A program made the position numbers and the translations under genes. From Octopus bimaculoides (taxonomy: Eukaryota), in assembly GCF_001194135.2 (NCBI RefSeq), contig NC_068985.1:80745406-80809405 (forward strand): 64,000 bases of DNA. The letters are read 5' to 3'. Numbering within the stretch: position 1 is the first letter of the stretch; each line of letters opens with the position of its first letter. Below are positions 52,620-64,000 of this stretch, one piece after another. The notes below the pieces were generated by a model. That model was not told the DNA's origin, searched no databases, and saw only the letters and a list, made by a program, of their open reading frames with translations.

Positions 52620-52860
52620 ATTAATGTGGATGCTAGTGGTGTCATGTACAAAACACTGGTGCTGGTGCCACATAGAAAGCACTAGTGATGCTGCCACATA
52701 GAAAGCAGCCAGCACACTCTGTAAAGTGATTGGCATTTGGAAAGGCATCCAGCTGTAGAAATCAAGCAAAGACAGACTATGGAAGCTGATGCAGTCCTTA
52801 ACCTGTCAGTGCCTGTCAAGCCATCCAACCCATGCCAGCATGGGAAACAAGACGTTAAAT
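52620..52860 (-). mobile_element. RTE 3'-UTR-related repeat (opposite orientation to the 22945 copy)
   Basis: aaggcatccagctgtagaaa block, ...gacgttaaa followed by (GAT)n-like tail. Confidence 0.65.
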
Positions 52861-52924
52861 GTTGTTGTTGCTGCTGCTGATGACGATGATGATGATGTAC
52901 ATATACGTACATACATACATACAT

Positions 52925-53064
<140 letters not shown>

Positions 53065-53270
53065 GGGAGAATTCATGAAAAAACAACAGACTAAGACAGG
53101 TGGTGGAAATAACAAATGGATGTATTAGTATAACGCTTGGGAATAGAGAAAGTCTTTAATGTTTCGAGCCTACGCTCTTCGACAGAAAAGAACACAAAAA
53201 GAAATAAGGAGAGAAACAAGGAGAGAAAAAAAAATATGTGTAGTGGTCAGCGATCTATCATGGCGAAAAA

Positions 53271-53273
<3 letters not shown>
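53065..53273 (-). mobile_element. About 200-bp (TA)n-flanked mini-element with hammerhead-like motif (family 2, copy b)
   Basis: Reverse complement aligns end to end with 23921-24116. Confidence 0.8.
53152..53190 (-). ncRNA. Hammerhead-like motif with A6->U core (family 2b)
   Basis: Minus strand: CTTTT-CTGTCGA-A-GAGC-GTAG-GCTC-GAA-ACAT-T-AAAGAC. Confidence 0.55.
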
Positions 53274-53304
<31 letters not shown>

Positions 53305-53994
53305 TACAGCATGTAGATATGTTAAAAACCACATGAATTGAAAATTTGGAGATGACACACACATACACCCATACATGCATATATTGCTTCATATTTAATG
53401 GAAATTATGAAACAGGAATCAAACTAAAACAAAAGTTTTTAGTCTGGCAGAAAGGGTTGTAACCATGGTTTTTGGTGGACCCAGTATAATTAAATAGTTT
53501 TAATGCAGATGATACTTGACAATTTTCAGATAAAACCTAAAATAAAGTGTATTATAAAGGATATTAAAATGTTTTAGAAAACTATGGCAATTCGGAATTA
53601 GCTAAAATTTAAATGTTTATATTAGAGTTTACATAATATAGTGTTTGTGAGTGTGACTATTTGTGTATATGTACATGTGTATGTGTGTGGTTTTGTGTCA
53701 GTGTGTTTGTCTGTATACTCAAAAGGTGAAAATACTCATGCACATAACTAAGCTTTTATAAAGCTTTAAAAGAGAATACTCTCAATATATATCTGTGTCT
53801 GTTGTACGTATTATATATGTGTGCATGTGTTCATTTGGACATAAATAGAATGTAGTCATATCATATGAATACATGCAAAGATGCATATATATCCTGCATA
53901 CATCCAAATTTATGTGTATATATATATGTGCATACAGACACACTTATATGCAAGCTCTCAGATAGATTTATAGACACGTAATGATGCTGATGTC

Positions 53995-54026
<32 letters not shown>

Positions 54027-54192
54027 TATATATATGTGTGTGTGTATGTGTGTGTGTGTGTGTGTGTATAGATATTTAGTTAGATAGATAGATAGATAGA
54101 TATCAAACAACACAGGTCAAAAGCTAATGACCCTGAATGTATGTATGGAGTTAAGTTTATGTCTGATCATAGAGTAACCAATNNNNNNNNNN

Positions 54193-54227
<35 letters not shown>

Positions 54228-54229
<2 letters not shown>

Positions 54230-54412
54230 TACAGGCATGGCTGTATGGTAAGAAGTTTGCTTCCTCACCACATGGTTTTGATTCAGTCCTGCAGTATGGC
54301 ACCTTGGTCAAGTGTCTTCTATTATAGCCTCAGGCCAGGCCACCCAAAGCCTTGTAAGTGGGTTTTAGTAGATGAAAATTGGAATAAGCCCATTGTGAGT
54401 GCATATGTATAT

Positions 54413-54457
<45 letters not shown>

Positions 54458-54610
54458 GTGTGTATGTCACTGTGTTAGTATTGGTACCTGCACTACTTAA
54501 CAGCCTGTGTTGGTTTGTTTATGTCACTGTAACTCAGAGACTGATAGAATAAGTATTAGACTTTAAAAAACAAAAAAAATAATTGAGATCGCCATGACTG
54601 TAATAAGTCA
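54228..54610 (+). mobile_element. SINE family B copy
   Basis: Head 54228-54395, (GT)n, decayed tail. Confidence 0.75.
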
Positions 54611-54665
54611 AAGATGAAAGATATACATACTCATATATACATATATGTATATATATACATATATG

Positions 54666-54702
<37 letters not shown>

Positions 54703-55678
54703 GTAGAAATGTGTGTGTATTACTATCGATGTGTATAGAGTACTTTAAAATGTGTTTACAGAGATTATCTTTTACATGGTTGATTAGCACATATATATGC
54801 AGGATTTAGATGCCTGTTTACACTCATACATGGTCACACATTTGTTTGTTTAATTGTACCTGTATTCATGTGTGTCTATGTATCTTTATTTGTGTGTGTG
54901 TGTATACATGTATATTCATATGTTAATTTATACACACACATATATATATCTATATCTGTGTGTGTGTATGTGTGTGTATGTATGTACATATATGTATAGG
55001 CACATGTAAGTATACTGACAAATATAATATATGAATTACATACATTGTAAAATAACATAACTTACTAATGAACAAAATATTCAGGTGTATGTGTTTCAAT
55101 GTGTTTACATATATTTAGACACAAATGCAAATGAATACACATGCATACATATGCATATATTTGTGTATATGTGTATGTGTGTTTGTGTGTGTGTATGTAT
55201 GCACACACACATTTTTGACTCTATTTCTCTCTCTCTCTCTCTACCTATATATCTAAATATGTATTTATAGATATATAGAAAAATTGATGTACAATTGTAA
55301 ATTTTTGCATTTATGCATCCATACAGATATGCTATGTGTGACAGAATGGTTAGCCCCATGACAGAATCCTGGATTCGGTCATAGACTATGTCACTTAGAC
55401 ATTTCTGCAGCATTCATTTTATCACCAATGAAATCATAGTGTTGCAAGAGGGTAACTGCGACTGTCATAGACTGTGTCCTGCTAGACTGAGTTATACCTC
55501 TGTTGAAAATCTGTCGACTGCCTATGTAGCAGTTGCATCATCCTAACAAGTATTAAACACAGGTGTTCTCTTCTCATCATGATGTATTTAGACGTGTTCA
55601 TGTGTGTATGTTACTATTAGTTCCTACATATATACATACACACACACACACACACACACAGAGACATATATATGTGTA

Positions 55679-55773
<95 letters not shown>

Positions 55774-56165
55774 AAATGTGTGTGTATGTATAAAGCATAT
55801 AAAGCATGTTAATAAATAATGTTTATGTATATAATATGAAACTGATATACTGGAAGTCTGTATAACTTATTTATTTGTGTATGAATAATTTTTTTGTGTT
55901 CATATGCAGATCATAGGTAAATAATAAATTAATGTGTATGTATGATGTAAATTATATACCTCAAATTGGGTAAAATTTGTAGATATGTGTATGAGTGTGT
56001 ATATGTGTATGTACAAATGACATGAGATGAATTAATTTTTTATGCATTGTGGATATTACTTAAGAGAAATAAAACAGATACATATATCCACATATTTGTA
56101 TATATGTGACTGTCTGTCTGTCTGAATGTATGTATGTATGTATGTATCTACCTCTCTCTCTCTCG

Positions 56166-56197
<32 letters not shown>

Positions 56198-56210
56198 TTT
56201 ATTAATAAAG

Positions 56211-56327
56211 CTGTGAAAACACCACAGGAACAGATGAGTTTCATGTTTCTGTTCATTGGACAACCAAAACTGTCCAACGAACAGGAATGTGAAACTCTGA
56301 GTAACAGTTTTTGTGATGTTTTTGCAG
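56211..56327 (+). ncRNA. Candidate structured RNA (pri-miRNA-like long hairpin)
   Basis: 27-bp upper stem 56236-56262 / 56271-56297 with an 8-nt loop; lower stem 56211-56231 / 56307-56327; 7 G.U versus 2 A.C on the plus strand. Confidence 0.4.
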
Positions 56328-56460
56328 ATCTTTTGATAAAGCATATTACTCTACCACTGGTATTCAAGTACTATTGTTTTCCACCTTGTTTCACATTTAT
56401 GTGCTTACTCTAGTATACATACACACACATATATACAAACATACATATTGATATATGTTC

Positions 56461-56498
<38 letters not shown>

Positions 56499-57031
56499 NN
56501 NNNNNNNNNNNNNNNNNNNNNNNNNNNNNNNNNNNNNNNNNNNNNNNNNNNNNNNNNNNNNNNNNNNNNNNNNNNNNNNNNNNNNNNNNNNNNNNNNNNN
56601 NNNNNNNNNNNNNNNNNNNNNNNNNNNNNNNNNNNNNNNNNNNNNNNNNNNNNNNNNNNNNNNNNNNNNNNNNNNNNNNNNNNNNNNNNNNNNNNNNNNN
56701 NNNNNNNNNNNNNNNNNNNNNNNNNNNNNNNNNNNNNNNNNNNNNNNNNNNNNNNNNNNNNNNNNNNNNNNNNNNNNNNNNNNNNNNNNNNNNNNNNNNN
56801 NNNNNNNNNNNNNNNNNNNNNNNNNNNNNNNNNNNNNNNNNNNNNNNNNNNNNNNNNNNNNNNNNNNNNNNNNNNNNNNNNNNNNNNNNNNNNNNNNNNN
56901 NNNNNNNNNNNNNNNNNNNNNNNNNNNNNNNNNNNNNNNNNNNNNNNNNNNNNNNNNNNNNNNNNNNNNNNNNNNNNNNNNNNNNNNNNNNNNNNNNNNN
57001 NNNNNNNNNNNNNNNNNATATGTGTTCACAT

Positions 57032-57091
<60 letters not shown>

Positions 57092-57224
57092 ATATATGTG
57101 TGTGTGTTTATATATATCTGCACACATACATATATATATATGCTCATATATATATATTTATATACACACACATACATTCATACAAAGATATATATATATA
57201 TATATATATATATGTTCATCTCTC

Positions 57225-57301
<77 letters not shown>

Positions 57302-57682
57302 AATGTTTCTTTTTATGTACATGGGTAGAAGTTTGCTTTTCAACCACACAGTTTCAAATTCAAGCCCAGTCAGTGGCACTTTGTGTGTGTATATTTATTA
57401 ATATCTCCTTGTAGGAACATCACATGATAGTTGTAGTGTCATCATCCAGGCGGTATCTTTCATTTCTTATCTTCTGTGATGGAAAAATATTAACTAGCTT
57501 GGAAACAGGCAAGGATTGGTGATAGGAAGGCCATCTCTCCATACACAATCCTCCTCAACTAATTCTGTTCTACCCATGTAATCCATAGATGGATGTTAAA
57601 ACAGTCATACCTCTAACTGTCTGTCTGTCTATCTATCTGAATGTATATGTATATATGTGTATGTTCATATTATTGATATATA

Positions 57683-57720
<38 letters not shown>

Positions 57721-57984
57721 TATACATTTGCATTCTATACAGGTGTGTGTATATATTTACAGATTTCCTCTCTCTGTCTCTCTCTGTCTCTCTCCCTCTC
57801 CCCATATATATGTATGTTTATATGTATGCATACATGTATATAATTTATATAAGTATCTAATTATAGATAAATGTATATAACTTGTACGTGTCTGTCTGCA
57901 GATAAATATTGTGATATATAAGCACATGTATATAATATGTAATTTACATATATAACATATAATACATACATACATACATATGTT

Positions 57985-58060
<76 letters not shown>

Positions 58061-58240
58061 GATATATAGATACACACATGTCTGTGTCTGTGTATTAACC
58101 AATTGAGTAAACCTATCAGTAATGTACCTATAATGACTATTGGAAACAGCTGTAAGTGAAATTTGCTCCAATAAATGAAAAATATGTTACAGTCATTATT
58201 TTTAACTTGTTTCTTATACACACACATGCACACATGCATG

Positions 58241-58271
<31 letters not shown>

Positions 58272-59099
58272 ACACATTTATATATAAGAATTGATATTTA
58301 ACATATTTTGTAAGAGTGAAGATTGTTTCTGGATCCAATATTTCTGCTCATTATTTATTAATATTTACATATTTTCTTTTTTTTTTATTTTCTCATTAAA
58401 TAGTTGTGATTGCAAATTTGTGTTTTTTACTGTGTCTAAATAAATATCACAGCATTGGAACAGTGGAGAATCCTAACTATCTTTTATAGACTCCCTCTGT
58501 ACTTACACACACAGACACACGCATATTTTACATACTATGAACTGTGAGGTACGTGACCAAAGTGTAGGATTAGTGTTGATGCAGTGTGCAGTAAGTAAAG
58601 ATGGTAAGTGCATGTTATAGCAGGCAAACTTTGATTACAGTATTATGAGCCCATTTTACTCATAAGTATTGCCCTCAGTGTTAAATGCGAATAACACCAC
58701 AGTGTTTAGGGAAGTAGAAAAGCTAAAATGTGTAGTACTGAGATTAAGCAGAAAATAAAAAGAGTTATTGGTAAGTGTGTTGAGCAGTGTCTCTCCAGAC
58801 ATATTCAACAAAGCACCATGGAGAACCATGAACCCCAGTACTGGTAATTACGGGGTGTAAGGATATGGAATGAATATGTGTACAAGGTCTTACACATCGT
58901 GTACAGTGTAATATACCATTATATTCATTTGGAAGTTGTTTGAGTTGTTTGTATTGTTAAACAAGGGGGATACCAAGGTCCAAAGTTAGACCTCAACCCT
59001 GATCTTTAAAATGCAAGATGCACAGTGATTTTGAGGGTCATATGTTGAGAAAAAAAAGCGCATTTTATATGCCACAAAATACGGTATATATTGTAGGGT

Positions 59100-59872
59100 G
59101 TTACAAAGCAAGATTTAATAATGGAAAATTAAAATTCAACAATATTGAATTGGTACATCTAGAGATTTGTTCACTATATTTTTTAATGAACTAATGACTG
59201 CTACTGTTGTTCCATTCTTGGAAGCTAGTCACCCACCCCACTGTTATTAAAGTACATAAAAAGTTTTTCTTATTAATCCAGGCTGTTATTAAGTTAGGTT
59301 AATTAACCTGCATTAGAGATTAGAGCCACAGTTACTTTTCTCTTAATAAAGACGTACTCATCACAGTTAACTGAGACTTTTAACCTGTTTTCTGTTAGGT
59401 TCAGGTGTCAACACCATAATCCAAATTTGGCGAGTAATTTCCATAAATCCATTCAAAGTTTTTCCTCTTCCATCTTTGATTTTCTCTGCTTCAATATGTA
59501 AATAAGCAACAAATAAAAGAGATAATAGAACACTTTCCTGCAGCACTCTACTTCCAACTTAAAAAATTCATTTGAGAGCTGATCATCTATACATTCTTGA
59601 TGGTCACTTTCTCAAGATACTTCATGAAATAGGTCGACTTATTTTTCTGACAAACTACCCTGTTTTACTATCAAAGACCTCTTTGAAGTCTACTAAAGTT
59701 AGTTTCAAAGGCTCTTTGAATTCGCCATTCCCCTGTAAAGTATATGTGAACAAAATATCATGATACTGAAAGCCTGCTTGTTCATTCCGTATCATATCCC
59801 TTAAACTTTTCTGTGCAATTTGCTGCCAATTCAGAATAACCTGGTACAAAAATGTCTTAATCAAACTGGTCA
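59100..59872 (-). mobile_element. Decayed RTE (BovB-like) LINE, RT domain and downstream region
   Basis: LYQVILNW...LRDMIRNEQAGF...LVDFKEVFDS; VGSRVLQESVLLSLLF; LDYG remnant. Confidence 0.7.
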
Positions 59873-59884
59873 ATTTTCTTAACT

Positions 59885-60765
59885 CTGATAATGTAAAAAA
59901 AAAAAAATAGCTGCTGCATGTGAGAACATATCAAAGTGCAGATTTTGGAAGTGACCACCAGTTAGCAATTGAGACATGTTGGTTAAAACAGGAGGTTAGA
60001 AAAAGAAAGGATTGTCAGGTTTGATTCAGAAAAGATGGAGACAGAGAGACTTAAAGATGTATTTCAAATTAAATCTCTAAATTGATTTGGAGTGTTTGCC
60101 AATATAAATGAGGATGTATACACCAGTGGTGCATGGAAAAATGTAAAGGAAGTATACCAGAATGTTCTCAGAGTTATTCTGAGTAGAAGGAAGATAAAAA
60201 GTTGGAAATAGAATGGATTTCAAATGAAATAGGGGAAATTACTAAGTCTTGAAAGAAACACAAATGAATTGTCAAAAGCTGGAGAGGAAATATGTGGAAT
60301 TTTAAAGGGGTGGTAACTAAATATTGGTGTTTTAACTGAGAGGGGGTAAAGTTGTTCAAGAAGAGATAAAATGAGCAAAAACTGAGGAAGCAGATAAATT
60401 ACACAATGAAGGAGACAGTAGAGGAATAAGAAAAGCTTATGAAATAATGAGATTACAGGTAAAAAGATCAAAAGGACTGTGTGTGTTTAGTATTGATAAA
60501 AAACTAATAACGTCTGATATAAACATCCAAGAAAGATGGAAAGAATATTTTAATATTGGCATGAAGAAGGTGCTTAATTGGAGAAATGCTTTGATAATTC
60601 AAGAATAACAAGAGGAGCTGGAAGTGGTTGTACATAAAATAACCATTGAAGACGTAGCAGAAAAAAAAAAAAATTGAAAAATTAAAAATCAGAAAAAAAA
60701 AGGTAAAAAAAAAAGAAAAAAAAAAAGAAATATGTTCCTGGATGAGATGGAAGCAAATAACTGCA
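59885..60765 (+). mobile_element. Inverted 5' portion of an RTE LINE (EN C-terminus and linker)
   Basis: HVRTYQSADFGSDHQL, RFDSEKM...FQIKSLN.FGV...AWKNVKE...EWIS, and a K..PG.D remnant near 60735. Confidence 0.65.
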
Positions 60766-60989
60766 AGAGCATTACTGAGGCTGTTTCTTAATATATGAAA
60801 TACTAAACAGATACCTGGTGATTAGAAGACTGGTGTAGTGAGTTGGTGACTCAAAAATTGGGATCTCATATCTGCGCACGCGTGTGTGTGGGTGCATGCA
60901 TGTGAGAGTGTGTGTGTGTGCATGCTTGCATGCATGCATGTACGTAACGGTATATGCAATATATACATATGTATATATATATATTCTTT

Positions 60990-61330
60990 TATTTGTTTCA
61001 GTCATTTGACTATGATCATGCTGGAGCATGGCTTTGAAAGTTTTTTTAGTTGAACAAATTGACCCCAGGACTTATTTTTTTTAAAGCCTAGTACTTATTC
61101 TATTGGTCACTATTGCTGAACCACAGTGATGGGGAGGTGGGGACAAACAGACACAGACACACACACACACATATACAACAGGTTTCTTTCAGTTTCTCTC
61201 TACCAAATCCATTCACAAGGCTTTGGTCAGCTTGAAGCTATAGTAGAAGACACTTGCCCAAGGTGCCACACAGTGGGATTGAACCCGGAACCACGTGGTT
61301 GGGAAACAAGTGTCTTACCACACAGTTACA
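60990..61330 (-). mobile_element. Full SINE family B copy
   Basis: Head and tail consensus match. Confidence 0.85.
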
Positions 61331-61504
61331 CCTAGGGAGTGAGAGATACAGGTGCTGATAAACACAATTAGGCCTCGACATATATATATTTACATAATGA
61401 AAAAATAAATGCGCCCTTTTAAAACCTATCCAGGCTCATGGGCCTGGTTTCCCGGTTTTAATGGCGTATGTGTTCCCCAGCTGGACAGAACGCCAGTCCA
61501 TTGC

Positions 61505-63755
61505 AGCATTACTCATTTAGTGACTCAGCTATTAGAGCAAGTTCATCAGCATAGAGAAGCTCCCAGGGGCATCCTGTCTTGAATTCCACTGTTTTTGCCT
61601 GGAGGACTATGATGAATAAGAGGGGGCTGAGGACTGATCCTTGGTGGACCCCTACCCCAACCTGGAATTCTTCACTCTACTCGTTGCCAACCCTCACCTT
61701 ACTGACAGCATTGTACAGCTCTCACTAACCACTCATCTATCCCTAGTTTCCGCATTGACCACCAGATAAGGGATTGGGGTGTAGCTGTAGCTAGATAGTT
61801 GAATGATCTCCCTTGCAAGAAAGAGTATAGAGTAACCCCACTTTACTAAGTTTCTTGAAGCAGCTGTGTCACGAAACGTGATTCTTAATTATTCAAGAAG
61901 CTTAGCATTTCTCTTCGAAGTTTCTAGAATGTCTAGCATTCCATTAATTAAAAACAGCTTGCTAACCCTGCTCTTCGCTTCTTAGTCAGTTAGACTTAGA
62001 GCCATTCACGTCATTGCTATGTCTGTCTATTTCTCTATGCCACATGACTGAAAACCACCACTTAGCTGTTATTTCTATATTTCCTACCTCTGGACTTTCT
62101 TGCATAGATTACTTCATTTAACCAGATTCTACATCTTAATCCTATGTATCATCCTCAACCAATAAATAAAATATATTTTTATGTAGTAAATATATGTCTT
62201 GAATTTATTCTTCATCTCTATGAACTATAGTAATAACATAAATGCAGCCATATCAACACCTTGTACTGACCTATATATTTCCACTACAAAGGCTTTCTTC
62301 ATGTCAATGAAAGCCAAGTACAGAGGTTTATCTTTGGCTAGGTGTTTCTCCTGTATCTGTCTTACCAGAAATATAGCATCAGTGGTGATTTTCCCTGACA
62401 CAAATCCAAACTGTATCTTGTCTAAACTAACTCTCTTCCTAATTAGTTGTGCTATGACTCTCTCTCTGACTTTCATTACCTGATCCAACAACTGTAATTA
62501 TTCATAGCTAATGCATCACCTTTACCTTTGTAGCAGTTGACTATGGTGCTGTTACGCTAGTCATTGGGTATGACTCCTTCATGTATGATCTGATTGACTA
62601 TACAGGTGACTAGACTATAGCCGACACCACCAGATATTTTGAGCATCTCTGCAGGGATTCCTGATGGGCTGGGGGCTTTCCCTGTCTTCATACTCTTAAT
62701 TGCTTTATCTACCAATGTACTGTCAATTTGGATAGCTGGTCTCTCTATTGGGTCGACATTCGGCAAACTCTTTTTCTCCCATTCATTCTCTTCATTTAGC
62801 AACCTTTCATAGTGGTGTCTCCATGTCTCTCTCTTTTTCTTTGCAGCCTCATTAAATGCAAGTGAGCCATCATCCATGCAGACACATTTCTCTCCTATGA
62901 CATCACAATTCTCTCTCACACACTGTCTTGCAACACAAAACACTTCAAGTCTTTGGTCCTCATGATGGAGAACATTGTCAAATTTTTTCTTATCTGTTTC
63001 TCCTCTGGCTAAGTAAACCTGTCTCCTAGCTTCCCTTCAGGCAATCTGATACAATTCTTTGCTACTACTGTTCTTCCAGTCCTTCCATGCCTGTTTCTTT
63101 TCCCTAATGACCCTGTCAGCTACATTGTTCCACCACCACATTACCTTGGGTCGAGAGGGGACCTTACACCATCCACAAATTTGGTCAGTAGCCCTCAACA
63201 AGTTGTCCAGTAGGAACCTCCAGTTGTCTTCCACATCATGTGATGCTATATCCTCCTCTATTTCATCAAAAGCTTTGAGTAATATGTCTCTAAATCACTG
63301 TCAATTTGCAGGATCCTTAAGCTTCCAGACCCTTCTTCTCCATTCTGGTCGTCTTCTGAGCATCCATTTAGCCGTGATCCTGAAGTTGCTAACTACTAAT
63401 CTATGTTGTGGGGTGCATTCTTCACCTGGGAATGTTTTGGCATTTAAAAGTAGCCATCTTTCCTGTTTCCTGGCTAGGATGTAGTCAATTTGACTAGTGT
63501 GTCCACCATACTAGTAGGTGAATAGGTGACTGGCAGGTTTCCTGAAGTTAGCATTACAGACCATAAGATCATTTGTATTGTAAAACTCCAGCAACCTGGT
63601 TCCCTCCTCATTGTGGAAACCAAAACCATAGCCTCCATGTACGCCGTGGAAGTCCCCTACATGTTGTACAACATACCCATTGAATTTGCCAGCCACAAAA
63701 ATGAGGTGGTCTACAAGAGGATGTCATAAAATTGGTCTTTCTGTTCATCAGGTAT
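61505..63755 (-). mobile_element. RTE-clade LINE ORF (APE endonuclease to RT YAD motif), with stops and frameshifts, interrupted at 61780-62288
   Basis: [10 protein letters not shown]; [18 protein letters not shown]; WWWN; MKTGKAPSPSGI; QFGF...TTDAIF; AFIDMKKAF | LIWWSMRKLG; GVHQGSVLSPLLF; LLYADEL. Confidence 0.9.
61780..62288 (+). mobile_element. Probable solo LTR nested in the RTE RT
   Basis: Begins TGTAG and ends CTACA; AATAAA about 125 bp from the end; splits the RT between KAF and ..LIWWSM. No TSD seen. Confidence 0.5.
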
Positions 63756-63810
63756 TTATTTTTTTCTGTGTTGTTTGTACACATTGAACAAATGCTCAAA
63801 TATTTATATA

Positions 63811-63864
<54 letters not shown>

Positions 63865-64000
63865 CACACATATATATACATATATATATAAATATATATA
63901 TACACACATATATATACACATATATATACACATATATATACATATATATATACATACATATATATATATATATTTATATATATAAAATTTATTAATGAGG

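Noticed and set aside
56210-56359. Open frames on both strands suggesting an exon
   Set aside because: Better explained by the long inverted repeat; no recognisable homology.
61535-61555. Minus-strand CTGATGA here and at about 63745
   Set aside because: Both are coding sequence of the RTE (LYADEL and PDEQK), with no ribozyme fold.

Overview
AT-rich, repeat-saturated eukaryotic DNA from a gapped draft assembly (12 N-runs, about 5 kb). The SINE, LINE and microsatellite landscape looks like an octopod (coleoid cephalopod) genome; that assignment is an inference from repeat families. No host protein-coding gene could be recognised. Nearly all ORF-track entries are microsatellite or N read-through, and the real coding remnants are decayed transposons: RTE, CR1-like, R4/Dong-like, Penelope-like (PLE) and mariner. 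They are interspersed with tRNA-derived SINEs, MITEs and one probable solo LTR. The main hidden signal is six minimal type I hammerhead-ribozyme-like motifs. Five lie in short non-coding elements abutting (TA)n tracts. They comprise one fully canonical motif (22824-22887, minus), one with a compensatory G3-C8 core swap (27544-27594, minus), a two-copy family with A6->U (23989-24023, 53152-53190) and two CpG-decayed motifs. There are also several long hairpins, one strand-asymmetric and pri-miRNA-like (56211-56327), and an RTE copy with 5'-inversion geometry. All structures were read by eye; nothing was tested computationally or experimentally.
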